The notes under the pieces were generated by a model. The model made no database searches, was not told the origin of the DNA, and saw nothing but the letters and a program-made list of their open reading frames with translations. This document shows positions 20,721 through 34,387 of a stretch of 64,000 nucleotides of DNA, piece by piece (the stretch's first letter is position 1; each line of letters begins with the position of its first letter). Made by a program: the position numbers and the translations under genes. The stretch spans positions 1-64,000 of the forward strand of contig MCFE01000002.1 in NCBI GenBank assembly GCA_002104905.1, read 5' to 3'. The DNA comes from Basidiobolus meristosporus CBS 931.73. Lineage: Eukaryota; Fungi; Basidiobolomycota.

Positions 20721-22213
20721 TTATAAGATATGACTTACCCTTGAATGGAATATGCCCTTAATTTTGGCTACTCTATCATCGGCATTATCGGTGCTTGCTG
20801 CCAATGAACTGAGCATTTGTTCTAGCTCAACAACATCAATACTAGCATCGGATCTACAGTCCGAAGAGAGTGGGGTTGACGATCGGGATACCAGAGAGAA
20901 GGAATATTCTGATTCGAACGAAAAGGAGGAGTAAGACAGTCCCGACTGCAAATCCCAAGGATCATGACTAGTAAAGCGACGAATGTATTGCCTGAAGTAA
21001 AATCCCAGAGTAGACAGTCGAGTCTCGATCTCATCCTCAGCCTCTGGGTAACGCAATTTGAAATCACGAAGTCGGCTGATACCATCACGAATGGTCCCTG
21101 GATTACGAATAAGGTTGAAGATCAGATCCAAATCCGAAACCGAGTCAATTTGAATCCGAAGTCCATCACTTTGAGGATACTCGTAGATTGGTAACACGGC
21201 CTCTTGGCTAACGGAGAGTGATGATACGAAGTCTTCCGAAATCTCTTCACCCTCGGTTTGAGTCAATACGTTGACTTGATTCAAAAGGGAGATCATATTT
21301 TTATACACCGTGCTCTTCTCTGTACTTGTGAGCGGAATCAGCGGAGCGAACTCTTGGTCAGACATCACATTGTGAAGTACTCTGGGAATGGCCATTACCA
21401 CCCGCACAGGGTCGATACCTAATGCACTCTTCATACTTTTATCGGAAGCCAGACCAGAGAGGTATCGCTCAAAAAAGCACTGTACATCCATAAGCAGCTC
21501 GTTGATATTGACTTGACTGTATGCAATATCGGCTTGAAGGGACTTTTTGGCACGAATAATCAGTTTGCGAATTAAGCCACAGGAATGGTAAGGCTGAGCT
21601 ACTGCTTCACGAGTTAAGAAGTATCTTTCTGTGATACTCTTGCCATAAAGATGGATCAACACTCTAAAAACATAACGAGTTCAATACATGGCAGAGCAAG
21701 GAAGTGCGGGTTTACCTACTTGTAGATGACGTTCGGATTAGCATTTTTAGTGATCTTCTGGAACACAAAATCGAGCGAATCTCCCAATGTATATTTATCG
21801 CTGGTGGGGAGGTCCTTGGCGAGCATATCCAAATTGTAAGGTATCAACCGTTCAAAGAGAGATCTCAGTGTCTCGTACTGTAACTCCATAACCAAAGACT
21901 TGCACGAGCATATTTTCAACAAGCTTAGTAGCAAATGCTTTATCTGCGAAGGTGTAAAGGGATCCTGCTCAGCTTGCTCTAGCACTAGCGTTAGCTTCAG
22001 AGTAATAGAGCTTGCAAGGTTATTGACGAAGGGTATCAGATTGTTGGCATTTTTTTCGGCCAAGTTGAATATAAGTTTGGACGCCCGGATAGTCTCCTTG
22101 GTATCTCCTCTCAAAATTACCCCAGCAAGGAGTTCTTTCCTCAAGGGTAAAGGTCCAAGAACCTCTCGCTGATTGCCAAAAGACACCACTCTACTGTAGT
22201 GTGATACCAACAT
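20721..22213 (-). CDS. Protein resembling only the C-terminal region of XMAP215/ch-TOG/Alp14; complement join(20721..21663,21720..22213)
   Basis: An in-frame 56-nt GT-AG intron joins the two ORFs (478 aa). RDGISRLRDFKLRYPEAEDEIETRLSTLGFYFRQYIRR resembles the XMAP215 C-terminal motif as recalled. Confidence 0.55.
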
Positions 22214-22833
22214 AAATCGACTCCGTATCTACCCTTATGTTGAGTTAAGTCAGGTTTGTGAGGGACAGAAGCCTTGATTATATATGAAGGAACAGTGAAA
22301 AAATTCGAGACGCCAAATTTACAGTTACTATTCAGAGAGTTGGGGTAGAGAAGAGGGCAGTTCCAACAACAAGAGGACTTTAAGCGATTAAAAGGATTAG
22401 GCAGGGCTGTAGTTTTAAAGGATGTTAAGTTATGCCCGATGCAAACGCACCGAGATGTTGATTAAATGGAGCATTAAACAAGGACCCCACTGCTCAATAT
22501 ATACGGACTGCAAGCTGGTGTAGAGTGGTACTTTTGCATGTATGCAGCTTTTGTGTATCAACAAGAATTGGAGGCAACTCGTGATGCATCTAAAATTACC
22601 GATTATTTTCTACAATCGAACAACCAATCTGATGAACACAAAATACAGCCTGATCATAAATGACATATCTCATCGGTCAAGTCAAAAAGCTGAAACACCC
22701 TCGTACTCCCTAATTAGAGGCGCCGCACCTTACATCAAAACGAAAAGCAATAATGAAGCATCCATATTGAAAACATATATTGAATGCAGGTAAATACTGG
22801 TACTAGCCATTTCGCCAGCCATGGGATTCTTGT

Positions 22834-23534
22834 TCATGCAGGATGACTCACACACAATAGGCATCGAAATGGTAGGGTGTTGGTTGAGCCAAATTGTGTC
22901 TCAGGCAAATCAAATACGTAGGTGTTTCTGAAATGCCAATGCACTATCTCTAGAAGAGATTTGGTCAAGAAATATGTCAATAATAGCCATGATGACAATG
23001 CAAGCGACAAGGACCAACCTACCTTGTTCAATATAATCAACCGAGGCACCCGTAAGGTAGCTTCCTCCGCTTTAATTCGGGATCTATTTAGGCTCAAAAA
23101 CGTGAACTCTGGATTAGGGATGCACCTTGCATCTATGTAATTTACACCATTTTCATCTGGACGGGGTCGAGCAGATTGATCACATCGCATGGATCCACTG
23201 TTAATGTAACTATCCGAGATGGCCTTGCAATCGGCAACCTCATCCGAAATATTGCCACCCAATGGCCCTTCTCCCCACGTTTTATAATATGGAAGCCAAG
23301 ATGGTATTCGACATACTAAGAATGGAAAGCCATGACGATGTATGCTTCGACATTTATCTGGTCGACCACATTCGTGCATGCAGCACCCATAGATGGAAAC
23401 TGGACTGGTTGCCTCACCTCGTGAAGTGATTCCAGCCTATTAATCAATACAGTGGCCTCATTTCCAATCATGTCGACTTGGCCATATCTGGTTTGTGAAA
23501 ATATTGGACGTTTACAAACTACGGTTCTATACAT
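22834..23534 (-). CDS. Hypothetical or decayed coding region (two overlapping ORFs in different frames)
   Basis: 181- and 72-codon ORFs with a hydrophobic stretch near the end; no recognisable family. Confidence 0.25.
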
Positions 23535-23695
23535 TTATGAATGCGTTGCTTTCTGTTGCTAGTAATTCTGTACTTAGGAGGATAAATGTTGGAGGAGGGA
23601 GACATAGAATGACATAGTTGCAGTGATAGGATTGCTTGGAATCTCCCCAGATAGATGTGTCAAGGATATTGAAATCAGTTTCAGAAAGTACGATT

Positions 23696-24914
23696 CTAAT
23701 TCTTGAAGAAAAGGACGTCACCCTCGTCCTCAACGAATCGGCATTTGGTCCAGCTGTGCCACAATGCTTGCATCAAAGGTCTATTATCGAAGTAATAGTA
23801 GTCACCAAGAACTTTCTTGATCGCTTCGGTAGCCTCCTCAGCATGGTAATGGGGCATTTGGGAGAACAAATGGTGGGCGACGTGGGTGTCAGCAATATGG
23901 TGGAAAGCGGCGTTGAGAATAAATCCGTAATCACGATCAATGGTAGCCAGAGCACCACGTACGAAGTTCCACTCGTTATTGCGATAATGAGGGAGTAATG
24001 GGTCAGTGTGTTGCAAGAAGGTAATCAATACAAGCCAGAAGTTGACCCATAGGTATGGGATAATGTAAAACTTCACCACAGCCATGCTTCCATACACCTG
24101 CCCAGCGTAGAACAAAGCCCCGATTGTGGCGAAGATACCCAACACAGAAGCAATGATTTGTCCCTTGTCTTTCTCATCGAAGATGGGAGACCAGTGGTGG
24201 AAGTGGGAGGTCCATTGCTTGTAGTCTTGTCCAGAGGCATTCCACAAGAGATAGGCAGGCCATCCAAAGGTTAACATGATGAATATCCATGCCAGATCCA
24301 TCAAGGGAGCAGCCATGATGGCAGAATCATCATGATCCTCCTCATCTTTCTTGGAGTCCAGGCCTAGTTCGCTACGGGTAGAAGGAACAAAGACTTGATC
24401 TCTGGTCATGTGTCCAGTAGCCTTATGATGCTTAGAGTGACTGATTCTCCAGGAATGATAGGGGACAAGCAGGGCACTGTGAAGAATAAGGCCAACAGTG
24501 TTGTTGATGGTTCTAGAAGGAGAGAAGGCTTGGTGGCCACTAAATAAATTCGAAGTATCAGCATATGTTTAAAGGAAAATATCAAATGACAGCATCTTAC
24601 CACTCGTGGGCAAGAACCCACACACCAGTACCGACGATTCCCTGAAGGAACCAATACACTGGCCAAGCAATGTAGCGGAGGGTAGTGGGTAGAGAGTCGA
24701 TGTAAGTAGCAACATAGAACAACGCAGAGATCAGCGCTAAATCCACGGCGACGTACATGAAAGATCTAAAGGTATCCCTTTCAAAACAGTGATTTGGAAC
24801 GGCATCACGCAACTCCTTGATGGTGAAATTGGGTGGTTGGAAAGTCTTTTGTTGCTTTTCCTTTAGTTCCGCATCACCATTCACTCTCCTCTTGAGGCCC
24901 ACATCGTTAACCAT
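23696..24914 (-). CDS. FAD2: Delta-12 (omega-6) fatty acid desaturase; complement join(23696..24539,24601..24914)
   Basis: Three His boxes after splicing (HECGH, HSKHH, HVAHH), plus FTIKELRDAVPNHCFER, LQHTDP, GALATIDRD and C-terminal CRFVEDEG. Confidence 0.95.
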
Positions 24915-26389
24915 TTTGGTGTATTGGAAAAAAGAACCAAGGATGATTAACCCACTTGGTGTGTGTGTGTGTTGAATATAAGGAGATGCTGCTCGCTTTA
25001 AAACGCCTTGAAAGCCGTGAAAAAAAGTCTGGTGAGCCAGGGTATTTCCATATTGGGTAATCAAATTTAGGCTGATACGGAATAGTCAAGAGAGAGTATT
25101 GAATGAAATATATTGATAGAATGGCGGGGAGGGATTGGGGTTGTAGTGGCCAAGGTTCATTGATTCATCTTTGTAACTGAGAGTTCACTGGTGTTTAGAT
25201 CATTATCATAATCTATTTATTTGAATCAATTGAGATAAAGTGAAACTCCTTTCGTTCCGGCTAGATTTGGGGGGAAATTCTGATTGAATGGGAAGCAGGT
25301 AAAATAAACCGGGTATATTTTGGGAAATATTAGGGAGGAATCGCAACATGTTGGAGAAGATAGAAAACAGTCACGACGGGGCTCCCAAACGAGCAATCGG
25401 GTTTACAAAAAGACTCAATTGGAATAATCCTGATACGATCTTATTGTACACTTGGCCTGGACATATGCCGGCATAAGAGCATATGAGATGTGTGTTTCAG
25501 TACTAAGAACCACTACCAGGGATGTTGCATCCACTCTTTTTTAATTCCACTCAGGATTCGTCAGGGGCCGTGTATCGTCCACCAATGCTAAAAAGCCAAG
25601 TGGAAGGTAGCCTAAATTGGAACACTCATCAAATAATAAGCTTCACAATGGAGGGAGATGATTGAACGATGGCCGACATGTGAGTGCACAAAGATGAAAA
25701 TTTCACACACAATTGATAAGCTTTCTGAGCAGCATTTGGAATCAATTATTTGGTTTGGTGGAACTCGTGTTGGTATAACCTTACTCGATGATGTGGGTTA
25801 AAAATTTGAATGGGTGGCCTCGGGACCATCAAATTTTCTATCAACTTGGCAAGTTTCTATTGATCAAGGTTTCACAGATAAGAGCAGTAGTCGTTCTATT
25901 GTGCTAATCATGTACTGTAATGAGTTCCGCTGTGGAACTGAGTACATGAATTGAATGTACTTTAACCTCGTAGTGTGTGGCAAACCCCACTCAACGAGCT
26001 TTGGAGTTTTGTATGAGCTCCATAAAGATATCCGAAGTGTCACTACAGCGGATTAATTCTTCTTGAAGAGTTATCAAAAGCGGGGCCTACAATGATCCCC
26101 TACTAACCTTGCCTTTACTTCGACATTAGGAGTAAGTTGGGAATGTATTGAGAATGATAGGGCTTTATTGAAATAAATAAGAATCATTAATGGACAGGAG
26201 GCCTGGGTCGGTTGCGTTTAGTTCAGATAGGTAAACACTTTCATTGTAGAATATTTGTCAGATATATCAAGAGGATGTACAACAGAATCACTATGCTATT
26301 AACAATGCTGATCTCAATTAACCTAAAAATGGTCTGCACGCTGGGATGAGCGGCAGATATAGCTCATGGGACTGATAGACGGCGAGTGT

Positions 26390-27769
26390 CTAATATCTTT
26401 GTTCTCTGTCAAACTCATGCCACTGAAGTTGGGGAAGAATCAAATCTGGTGGAAGCAACACTCGATCAATCACATGAATCACCCCATTTTCAGCAATCCC
26501 GTCAGCAATAATAACACGTGCTTGACGGTTAATAGTGATATCTATACTGCTCTTGTAGTCCGTTAAGATCCGAAGAGAAAGTCTTTCTCCATGAACCCAT
26601 GATGGGTAGTCGACGGTATAAACATCGTAAGGCTCATCTACGTAGCCAGCATTTTTCACGGTCCGGTTGGACCGATCCAATCTTTCACCATCTACAGTGC
26701 CAATGGATTTTCCTGCTTGCGAAGAGGACTTGGACTCTTCCTTACCCCGGCGATCATGTCTATATGGACGGTCGGTTAGATCCGTGTCCCAGTCACGATT
26801 GCCATTATTTCCTCGGTGATTAGGCAGGCGATCGTTGAAACCATCATCTTGACGTGGTCTACTTTCACGGGCATCCCTGTCGTCTGCTGGTAGTTTCAAA
26901 TCACCAGCATAAATAAGCTCGGGGGAAATATGGTTGAGCAGTACGAAGCGAAGGTCTTTGCGGCCCTCAGGAGAGAGGAGATAATCCAAAGCTGCATGAC
27001 CCAGACTCTTGAATGCAAAGTTATTCGGGACGAAAACGGTCAATCCGGGCTCATTAAATTCCTTTTCGAGGCCTGAGGTTTCAATGGCTTTTAAGAAGAT
27101 TGAAAACTCGGAGTATCTGTTCAATTGGGTTAAAATGTTCTTGGGGAGGTTGATCACGTCTCTAATCACATGGACGATTCCATTCTTAGCCTCGATGTTG
27201 GCCTCGCTGACTTTGATCCCGTTGTTCAAGTAAAGTCGGCTCCCTTTACGTTCAATCAAGATTCGTTGTGGCTCATTGAGTAGCTTGGGTGTGACGTATG
27301 ATGTAGCGACTGCATCGCTTCCCTGAATGTCCTCCTCATCAATAATGTCCGGAATGATATGATAGTTCAGGACTTTCTGCAGCTCGTCAGGGGGTAGTTC
27401 GTACCGTTCAGTAAACTCAGCAAAAGCGTCGTCAGTTGGCGCAAAGATGGTAAGCTAAACAGACAAATCTTAGTAATCACGGCGAGAGAGGCCAATCATT
27501 CGTATACTAACCGGATTACGGGGGTTACTAAGATCATTCTGCAAGTTGCCGCTTGACGACGATAAGGTCTTCAGAAATCTAGAGAAACGTCCGTCAAGTT
27601 CCAAAACCTCGAAAACCGAGCTGGCCTTGTTATATCCCCTTGTTTGTTTTAATGTTTCTTCCTCGTTGACAATATTTCCATTATTGGTCGCTGAGGTAGA
27701 GGCAACAGGTTCTTCTTTATCTTGTTCACGGCCCACAGGGCCATCAAAGAGTGCACGGGATAGCGACAT
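26390..27769 (-). CDS. Fasciclin (FAS1) domain protein, two exons
   Basis: TIFAPTDDAF...NYHII, NGIVHVIRDV, TVFVPNNFAF...LNHI and NGVIHVIDRVLLP are FAS1 H1/H2 motifs. Intron near 27453-27516. Confidence 0.9.
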
Positions 27770-28249
27770 GCTGGACCTTGGTGAGAGGAGGAGTATGAGA
27801 GTGTGGTGTGATGAATACTTGGTTAAATACTCTGGTTTTATATGGCTTCGTCATCCACTGGAAATCGATCACAAAGATTTGGCAAGAATTCATGGTCATG
27901 AGGAAGTGAATCTAAGCCACCATTTACAATATTAAGGAGAATATAGTATAGATGTGCGCAATGGCAAGAGTGCCGCTTGGGTGGCTTGTACTCTTGGAAA
28001 CAACAGGTCTTAAACGATGGTAACGAACCAGCAATTCACATGCTCAAATTGAATAGAATTCGTATAATTTTCCAGTTTAATTAATTGAAATTGAATCACT
28101 AGTGACAGTAGATTGGCCATGGCAAAATTCGTATGTACCAAGCTTTTGCACGGGAAATGATATTCTAAGGTGTAATGGAGATGCTTAAGGTCAAGCATAT
28201 GAATTTACAGTAAATGAAGGCTGCTGGATTTAGATACTACTTGACCCAT

Positions 28250-29984
28250 TTATATCTTTAGGTTACCCTTCTTAATCTTTTTGCGGAATGTACGGTTTCT
28301 GCTGAAGTGTTGAGATAGAGACCCTTTGGTGCTGGTGCTCTCATCAAGGTTACCATTGGCACTCTCGCTATCTATATCTAGCGCGGTATTGCCTTGGGAA
28401 GCAGCCTCGATTACTTTAGCCATGTCTGTATCGTCTTGTGTAATCAAGTTGATGACTTATTTAAAAAGTTAGTTCCGTTTCCATTCCAATAGACAAAATG
28501 AAATACTCAACTCACCTTTACCAGGCTTCCCAGCTCTCGCGGTACGACCTGAACGATGCAAATAATTCAATACGTTCGTGGCAAAGTCAGTTTGAATCAC
28601 AGTGTGCACATCAGGAATATCAAGGCCTCTAGCAAGTAAATCGGTGCAAAACAAAACGGAGATTCCCTTGTCAGTGGCGGGTTTGGTTAGCTCTTTCAAG
28701 ATTTCCTCACGCTCAACTCGATTCACATTTTTGTGAACTTTCATACAATTAATTTGTTTCGTGCTGATGTTGTTTTTGGCTAGAGCACCTGAAACATAGG
28801 AGTGATATTCATCAACATTGCTGATATTGTTCCCAAAGATGATGATTCTTCCACCCATAGATTGCTCTTTGTATTGCTCCATGATCAGTTCCAAGGTGCG
28901 TTGTGATTTGTTTTGTAATTCGTTTCCCAAGTTGCTATCGATCTTTAAAAATCTCTCTTCTAACTGCGGAACAGTTCTATGTAATCCGTGAGTGCTGATG
29001 GTAATGGCGTTAGGGAACTTCTTATTCAGGCTACCACGTAGCGACTTTCGATTAGTGACTGGTGGCAAGGTGGCACCCAAGAAAACAAACTGCCGGTTAG
29101 AAGGTTGGTAGTTTTCGACATCCTGACCAATAAGATCCTTGGGCAACCCAATTTCTGAATCCCAATTTGCCTCTGAGTGCCCTTCAGAAGCGGTATGAAT
29201 CTTGCGATTTCTCAAAAACGAAAGCAACTGCTGAGTAGATCCGCTAAAGCTTTCCGAAAACAGCATATCGACCTCGTCAAAAATAACATATCTAGTTCTT
29301 TCCAGTAGTTTCTCCAAATCATCCAATTTTGACACCTTTTTAGTCATGATTGAGCCTGGGGTAGTTACTAGGATCTGCGCCTCATTTTTGTCCACACCAA
29401 CTTGCGATTGTGGATTCAATACTGTACGGATATTCATATCAGGGTCGATGATTTGATTTAATACTGAGGCTACTTGCCATACCAATTCTTTTGATGGTAC
29501 TAATGCTAAGGCAACCGGTGCGACTACCTTTGGAGGAGCGTATAAATTATTTTCCAAAATATTGGAAACAATGGGTATCAAATAGCCTAAAAGATGTTCA
29601 GTTATTACATGCCGCGGATAGGGTTAAAGGAGAAAAACTCACTTAATGTCTTTCCAGAGCCAGTTTCTGCAGTGAATATGACATTAGCTCCGCTGTTAAG
29701 GGCAGGGATGGCCTTAAGAGCAGACATATTAGTATTATGAAAGTAATTTAGAAATACACAAAGCTGACCTTTTTCTGAATTTCTAACGGGGAATTGAACC
29801 CACTTTTCTTCAGATTATCTATCAGACGTGGATGAACCCCGAGCTTTCTCCACTCATCCGAGCTCATTGAGCGAATATGTGTTGTTTGAAATAGACTAGC
29901 GCTACGAAAGGGAGCCCTACGGGAGTAGCCAAACGCCTGTTGCGCATAGTGCGACTTGAATGTTTTTAGGAAAACGGAGTTCAT
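28250..29984 (-). CDS. DEAD-box RNA helicase, probably mitochondrial (Mrh4/DDX28-like); multi-exon span
   Basis: Q motif (SPLEIQKK), AETGSGKT, VPSKELV, VTTPG, FDEVD, GAT, TDLLARGLD and HRSGRTARAG. The R/S-rich N-terminus resembles a targeting peptide. Confidence 0.9.
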
Positions 29985-30254
29985 TGAGGAAAAGCGAAAA
30001 GGTCCATGTTACTTGAATTTTAATCAAAATTTTCTTTTTTGGCATTTATCAGAATTCTCGTTTATCGGAGTGCCATTGGTTTATGTCCCCTGCTAGCTAA
30101 ATCCATTTCGAACTCAGCAACTCTATTTGATATTGCCATTGAATGATTTTATTAATTTTGCACCCGATTTCAATAGCTTTCGGAACTGTACTCAAAGTTT
30201 CGACACCATGTGGAGAATATATGCAATAGTCGATAGTAGTCTCTGGATCAGTGA

Positions 30255-31223
30255 TTATACTAGGTCGATATCACTTGATTGTAAATGTGCGTTATATCCC
30301 TTGGGCAATAATATTCGACATGTAAGGCTATTATGCCATTCACCTAGAACACAATATATCGCACATGCGCGGGGTAAAAGACACAGAGAGAATGGAATGC
30401 ACAGCATGAATATTGTCAGTACTACTACGAACAGGACGATCGATAGGGCGAGCTTTAGGAATAGGAAGTACACTATACTCCCCCAAGTTAAATGGTCAGT
30501 GATCAACTCCTTCAGAAACGCCACTGAGATGCTTATGGATTGGTTGCGTCGTGGGGTGAGTACTGGAGGTAGATATCTTTGTGATTGTGCATCACATAAA
30601 AGATTCTGGGCCGCCAGCTCTACGAATGCTAGCACACTGTTTGCAATGAGCGGTTTGAGTAAAACGCACCAACCCAAGGGGTTTTTACAGCCTAATGTCT
30701 TATAACAGTAAATCACTTACCGATAGCTCCAAGCAGCCAAATAGAAATAAACGAATGCAACTGGGGGGAAGATCAAAGTAGCAAACGCGAACACAAAGGT
30801 AACGCTCACCCATATAAACGCGAATAAGGACAATGGAAAGCTAACAAGTAGCAAATAAATAAAGCATGACCAAGCGTGTCTGTTTAGACACCTCTTCCAA
30901 TAGTGGTTTTCTTGCCGCCTTGGCTCTATTGATGGTGAAATAACATGGGAGGCTACAGGGACTGAGAGTACAAGCTCAGCTGATTGCTCGTGATATGTGA
31001 CGGTTGAGCTAGAGGGTGCAACATCAGATGTTGGCTCTGGATGTAAGCTGTATTCAGGAGGAACGTCGCTGTGAACCTCCAAGTCGAGAGGTTTAACTTT
31101 GGGATCTGTACCAGAATCCATTTGTACAGTTTTTGTGGCGATTTCCTGAAGAACCATGCACTCTTTTATAGCAGTTGGCTGAGGATTGACCAATGAAGAG
31201 AAATCGTAAAACCAGTAGAGCAT
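30255..31223 (-). CDS. Multi-pass membrane protein with repeated 'putative sensor'-like (PF13796-like) segments
   Basis: Two exons with HAWSCFIYLLLVSFPLSLFAFIW and TWGSIVYFLFLKLALSIVLF repeats. Confidence 0.6.
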
Positions 31224-32561
31224 CTTTTGGGATGCTGAATTCCCGCATTGCTATTTGTATAGCTAATTCGGGCCTGGACAGGTTTAGTGTACGGTGTGTA
31301 GTTTACAATTGGATTGTGAGATAAGAAAACAATTGATCACACGAGTCCAGGATCTCTAAGCTGCGGACTTGGTCATGGATTTCAAGAGAAAGTACCATGG
31401 TGCAAATTAACATTAGGCTAACCATATAGTTATATGTCAGAAGTTTCGGAGATGAGTCCCATCTAGGTTTGGCTTGACCAAATTCACTACCAATCCAAAT
31501 ACCGGCTGGCAAGTGACGTGCCTCGATTATTCAACCGTCACTTAAGTTGGTAAGAATACAACATACAGCGCATAGTACAATAGCCAAGACTCACCCAAAA
31601 CTTTTATTTTCGGCTAGGAAACAGGTTGGCTTTATCATTGGCGTCACCATCAAATGTCAATATGACCAATTTCTATGACCAGGAGTTCTCCATATTGCCG
31701 CCAAGACGATCGTAATGTATGCCGTCCTACTCGCTTCAAGATTTCACATCATGTTTAGTTTCGCCAAGCATTTGCAACTAACGATACAATCTCCGGTGAT
31801 CGTCCGTTTGGCTTCTTGGCTGCATTTTTGATGTATGCAATGTAGTGGGCATTGGCATTAACATTAAATCCAGATGCTACCCCAGACCTTGATTGGATCC
31901 AACTTGTGGATGTAACCGTAACTCAATGGCTAATATTGTTCAATGAGAATCGATGTGAGGGCAGCCCAAGCAATCTTATTATATATTGGGATTTTAAGAT
32001 GTATTACGGAATGAATGATCAGTATTTAAGTGCCAGGGACATACCCAATAGAGTCAATGTGCTACTGCTTGCATAGATTTTGATTGGCGAACAATGAATT
32101 TGGAGTCTGGTTGATTTACTTTTGTTGGATATTGATGGGCACAATCTAGCGGCAGTCGCCTCATACTTCGTAAAGAAGGCATTGGGTGTCTAATGGTGCC
32201 AGGATAGACCCATTCATAGACTAATAGTTATCGTAATGATCTTTGCGTACAAGATGATTGAGAGGCACTATAATTGAATATCCCTTCCACTTGTTTCTGT
32301 GTAAACGTACCCAGAGATACCTTATTGCACCCTTCTTTGGTCCTCACACCAGCAAAGCTTTTATCGCTTACGTATTGTATAGTCAATCATGCTAAACATT
32401 GTAACTTCTCATTTGACCCAAACAAACCTCCATACGAATATGGTTTAAGATAGACAACAAACTCATATCAGCTCAAAAGACTATGCCTATTTGGAACTTG
32501 AAGAATACCTAACATTATATGCCTACGCATAGGGTATAGATACAAGTATATGTAGTTCGAT

Positions 32562-34387
32562 TTATGCTGTTGATACAATATCTTCATCCCTGTCTCTATT
32601 CTCTTTCATATACAAAGATTCTAAAGCAGTAACCAGGGATAAAATAGCGAGGAAATTGAAGATGAGATGGAAATTAAATGGAAATGCATAATCATGACTC
32701 AGTGACCAACTCCATAATATGCCACCGAGAGAAGGCCCAATCGCTCTAACCAAAGAACAGCTAACTTGTGTGATTCCATTCAATGAGCCGAGAACCTTTC
32801 TTGATGGTGTGGAATTGGCAACCTATTCGATTTCAAGAAGTCAGAGATTGCATCTCAAGTTATACTCACAGTTACTCGTACTTACCAAGATATTACAATT
32901 TGTGAAGGAGAAGATATTGCAAGCGATACGTAGCCCAAGCAACGTTAGTAAAGCTATCCATACTAGGTGGTTGGCATCTTCGTTGTTTTCCGCGTCCCGC
33001 GCAAGGTAGGACACAAATGGAATTAAAAAGTACACCGGAGCTATACTCAACATGGACAGTCTAAAGAGTTTATGCGGGCCAAAGATCCTGTGTAACATAG
33101 GGTAGAGAAACCATTGAAGTGGTGGAGTAAGGAATCCGCAGAATGACAGAAATAGCCCAGTCTGTTTAGCCGTGAAGTGTAATCCACCCTTCATAATACT
33201 TGTAGCTGCCCAGATAGGAATAGCCTCGTCAGCAATGATACTCTGAAAGGACAGCAGCATATATCCAGCAATCACTGGTATTGTCCTCCTAGTCAAGGCC
33301 TTTGAGATACCTGCTTCCGAAGTGACAGTTTCTGACTTTTTTGTCAATTGTGAAACACCAGTCTCAGGTAGTAGCGGGGTTGTTTCAGTTGGATGATTCT
33401 TTTGAACCTTGATATCTAATGTCTCTTCCAGATAAAAGTATGCTACGACAAGCCCAAAAAGACTAATCGAGGAAGACACGAAGCAAGGTAGAAAGTAAGG
33501 ATATGTATGGAAGAATTCCCACTGGCCAAAAACGCTTGGGTATTGCTTGGCAGGCTGCGCTAATAAACCACCTAGGGTGGGACCAACTAATAGGAATCGG
33601 TGTTAGGATAACCTAATATCATCATAGCTTAACAACTACACCTACTTATGCTGCCGACACCCCACATCAAAGGTAACAAACTGAACGCGACACCTAGAGA
33701 AACGCTTAGTATTTGTATCCCACGTAGATCTTTAAGAAACCTACTTTGGTTGGTGGAATCTGTAATCTCAGCAACCATGCTTTTGATCACTCCAACGCTT
33801 CCATTCAATAGACCACATATACAGCGAGTAACTATCGCCCAAGCCAGGCTCTTGCTAAAACCAAAAAGGAGTGTTCCGAGGAATGTGCCAAAAAATCCCA
33901 TTAATAATACGGGCCGTCGTCCTATTCTATCTGACAGCATGCCCCACGGAATACCTACAGCACTGAGGGTTGAGAGAAGCGTAGTTGCCGTCTGGTGAAA
34001 TTGTGGCATACCTGTAAGGACCTGAGCTAACGCAAAGCTGGATGCGATGAATCCAGCATAATATCCTATTTCACTTTCATCCTTTACGAAGTTAAAATCC
34101 TTCACCTACTCAAATACGTATTTTAGCTCATGATATTTAAAACTTATGAATCGGCATACATACCATCTAGTGGAATAAATTACGGTGCGTGGCATTCACA
34201 CAGGAGACAATAAGTACAATGCCAATCACTGTATTTACAATACAAAGAGTCTTACGTAATAAATAAATGGGAACAGTATCGTCATAGATACTGGCTCTCC
34301 AATTCTAGCCACACAAATAATAAAGAGTTGTTGTTTTGGAAGTGGTGTGATAGTCGCAACGCCTGTCGAGGACATCTTGGGTGCCAT
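32562..34387 (-). CDS. Major facilitator superfamily transporter (ZIFL/TetA-like); multi-exon span
   Basis: TPLPKQQL start, GYYAGFIASSFALAQ, WGMLSDRIGRRPVLLMG (motif A), GLLNGSVGVIKSMVAEITD and RAIGPSLGG. Confidence 0.92.

Noticed and set aside
24957-24972. Short (GT)n run upstream of the desaturase
   Set aside because: Ordinary microsatellite of about 6-7 units.
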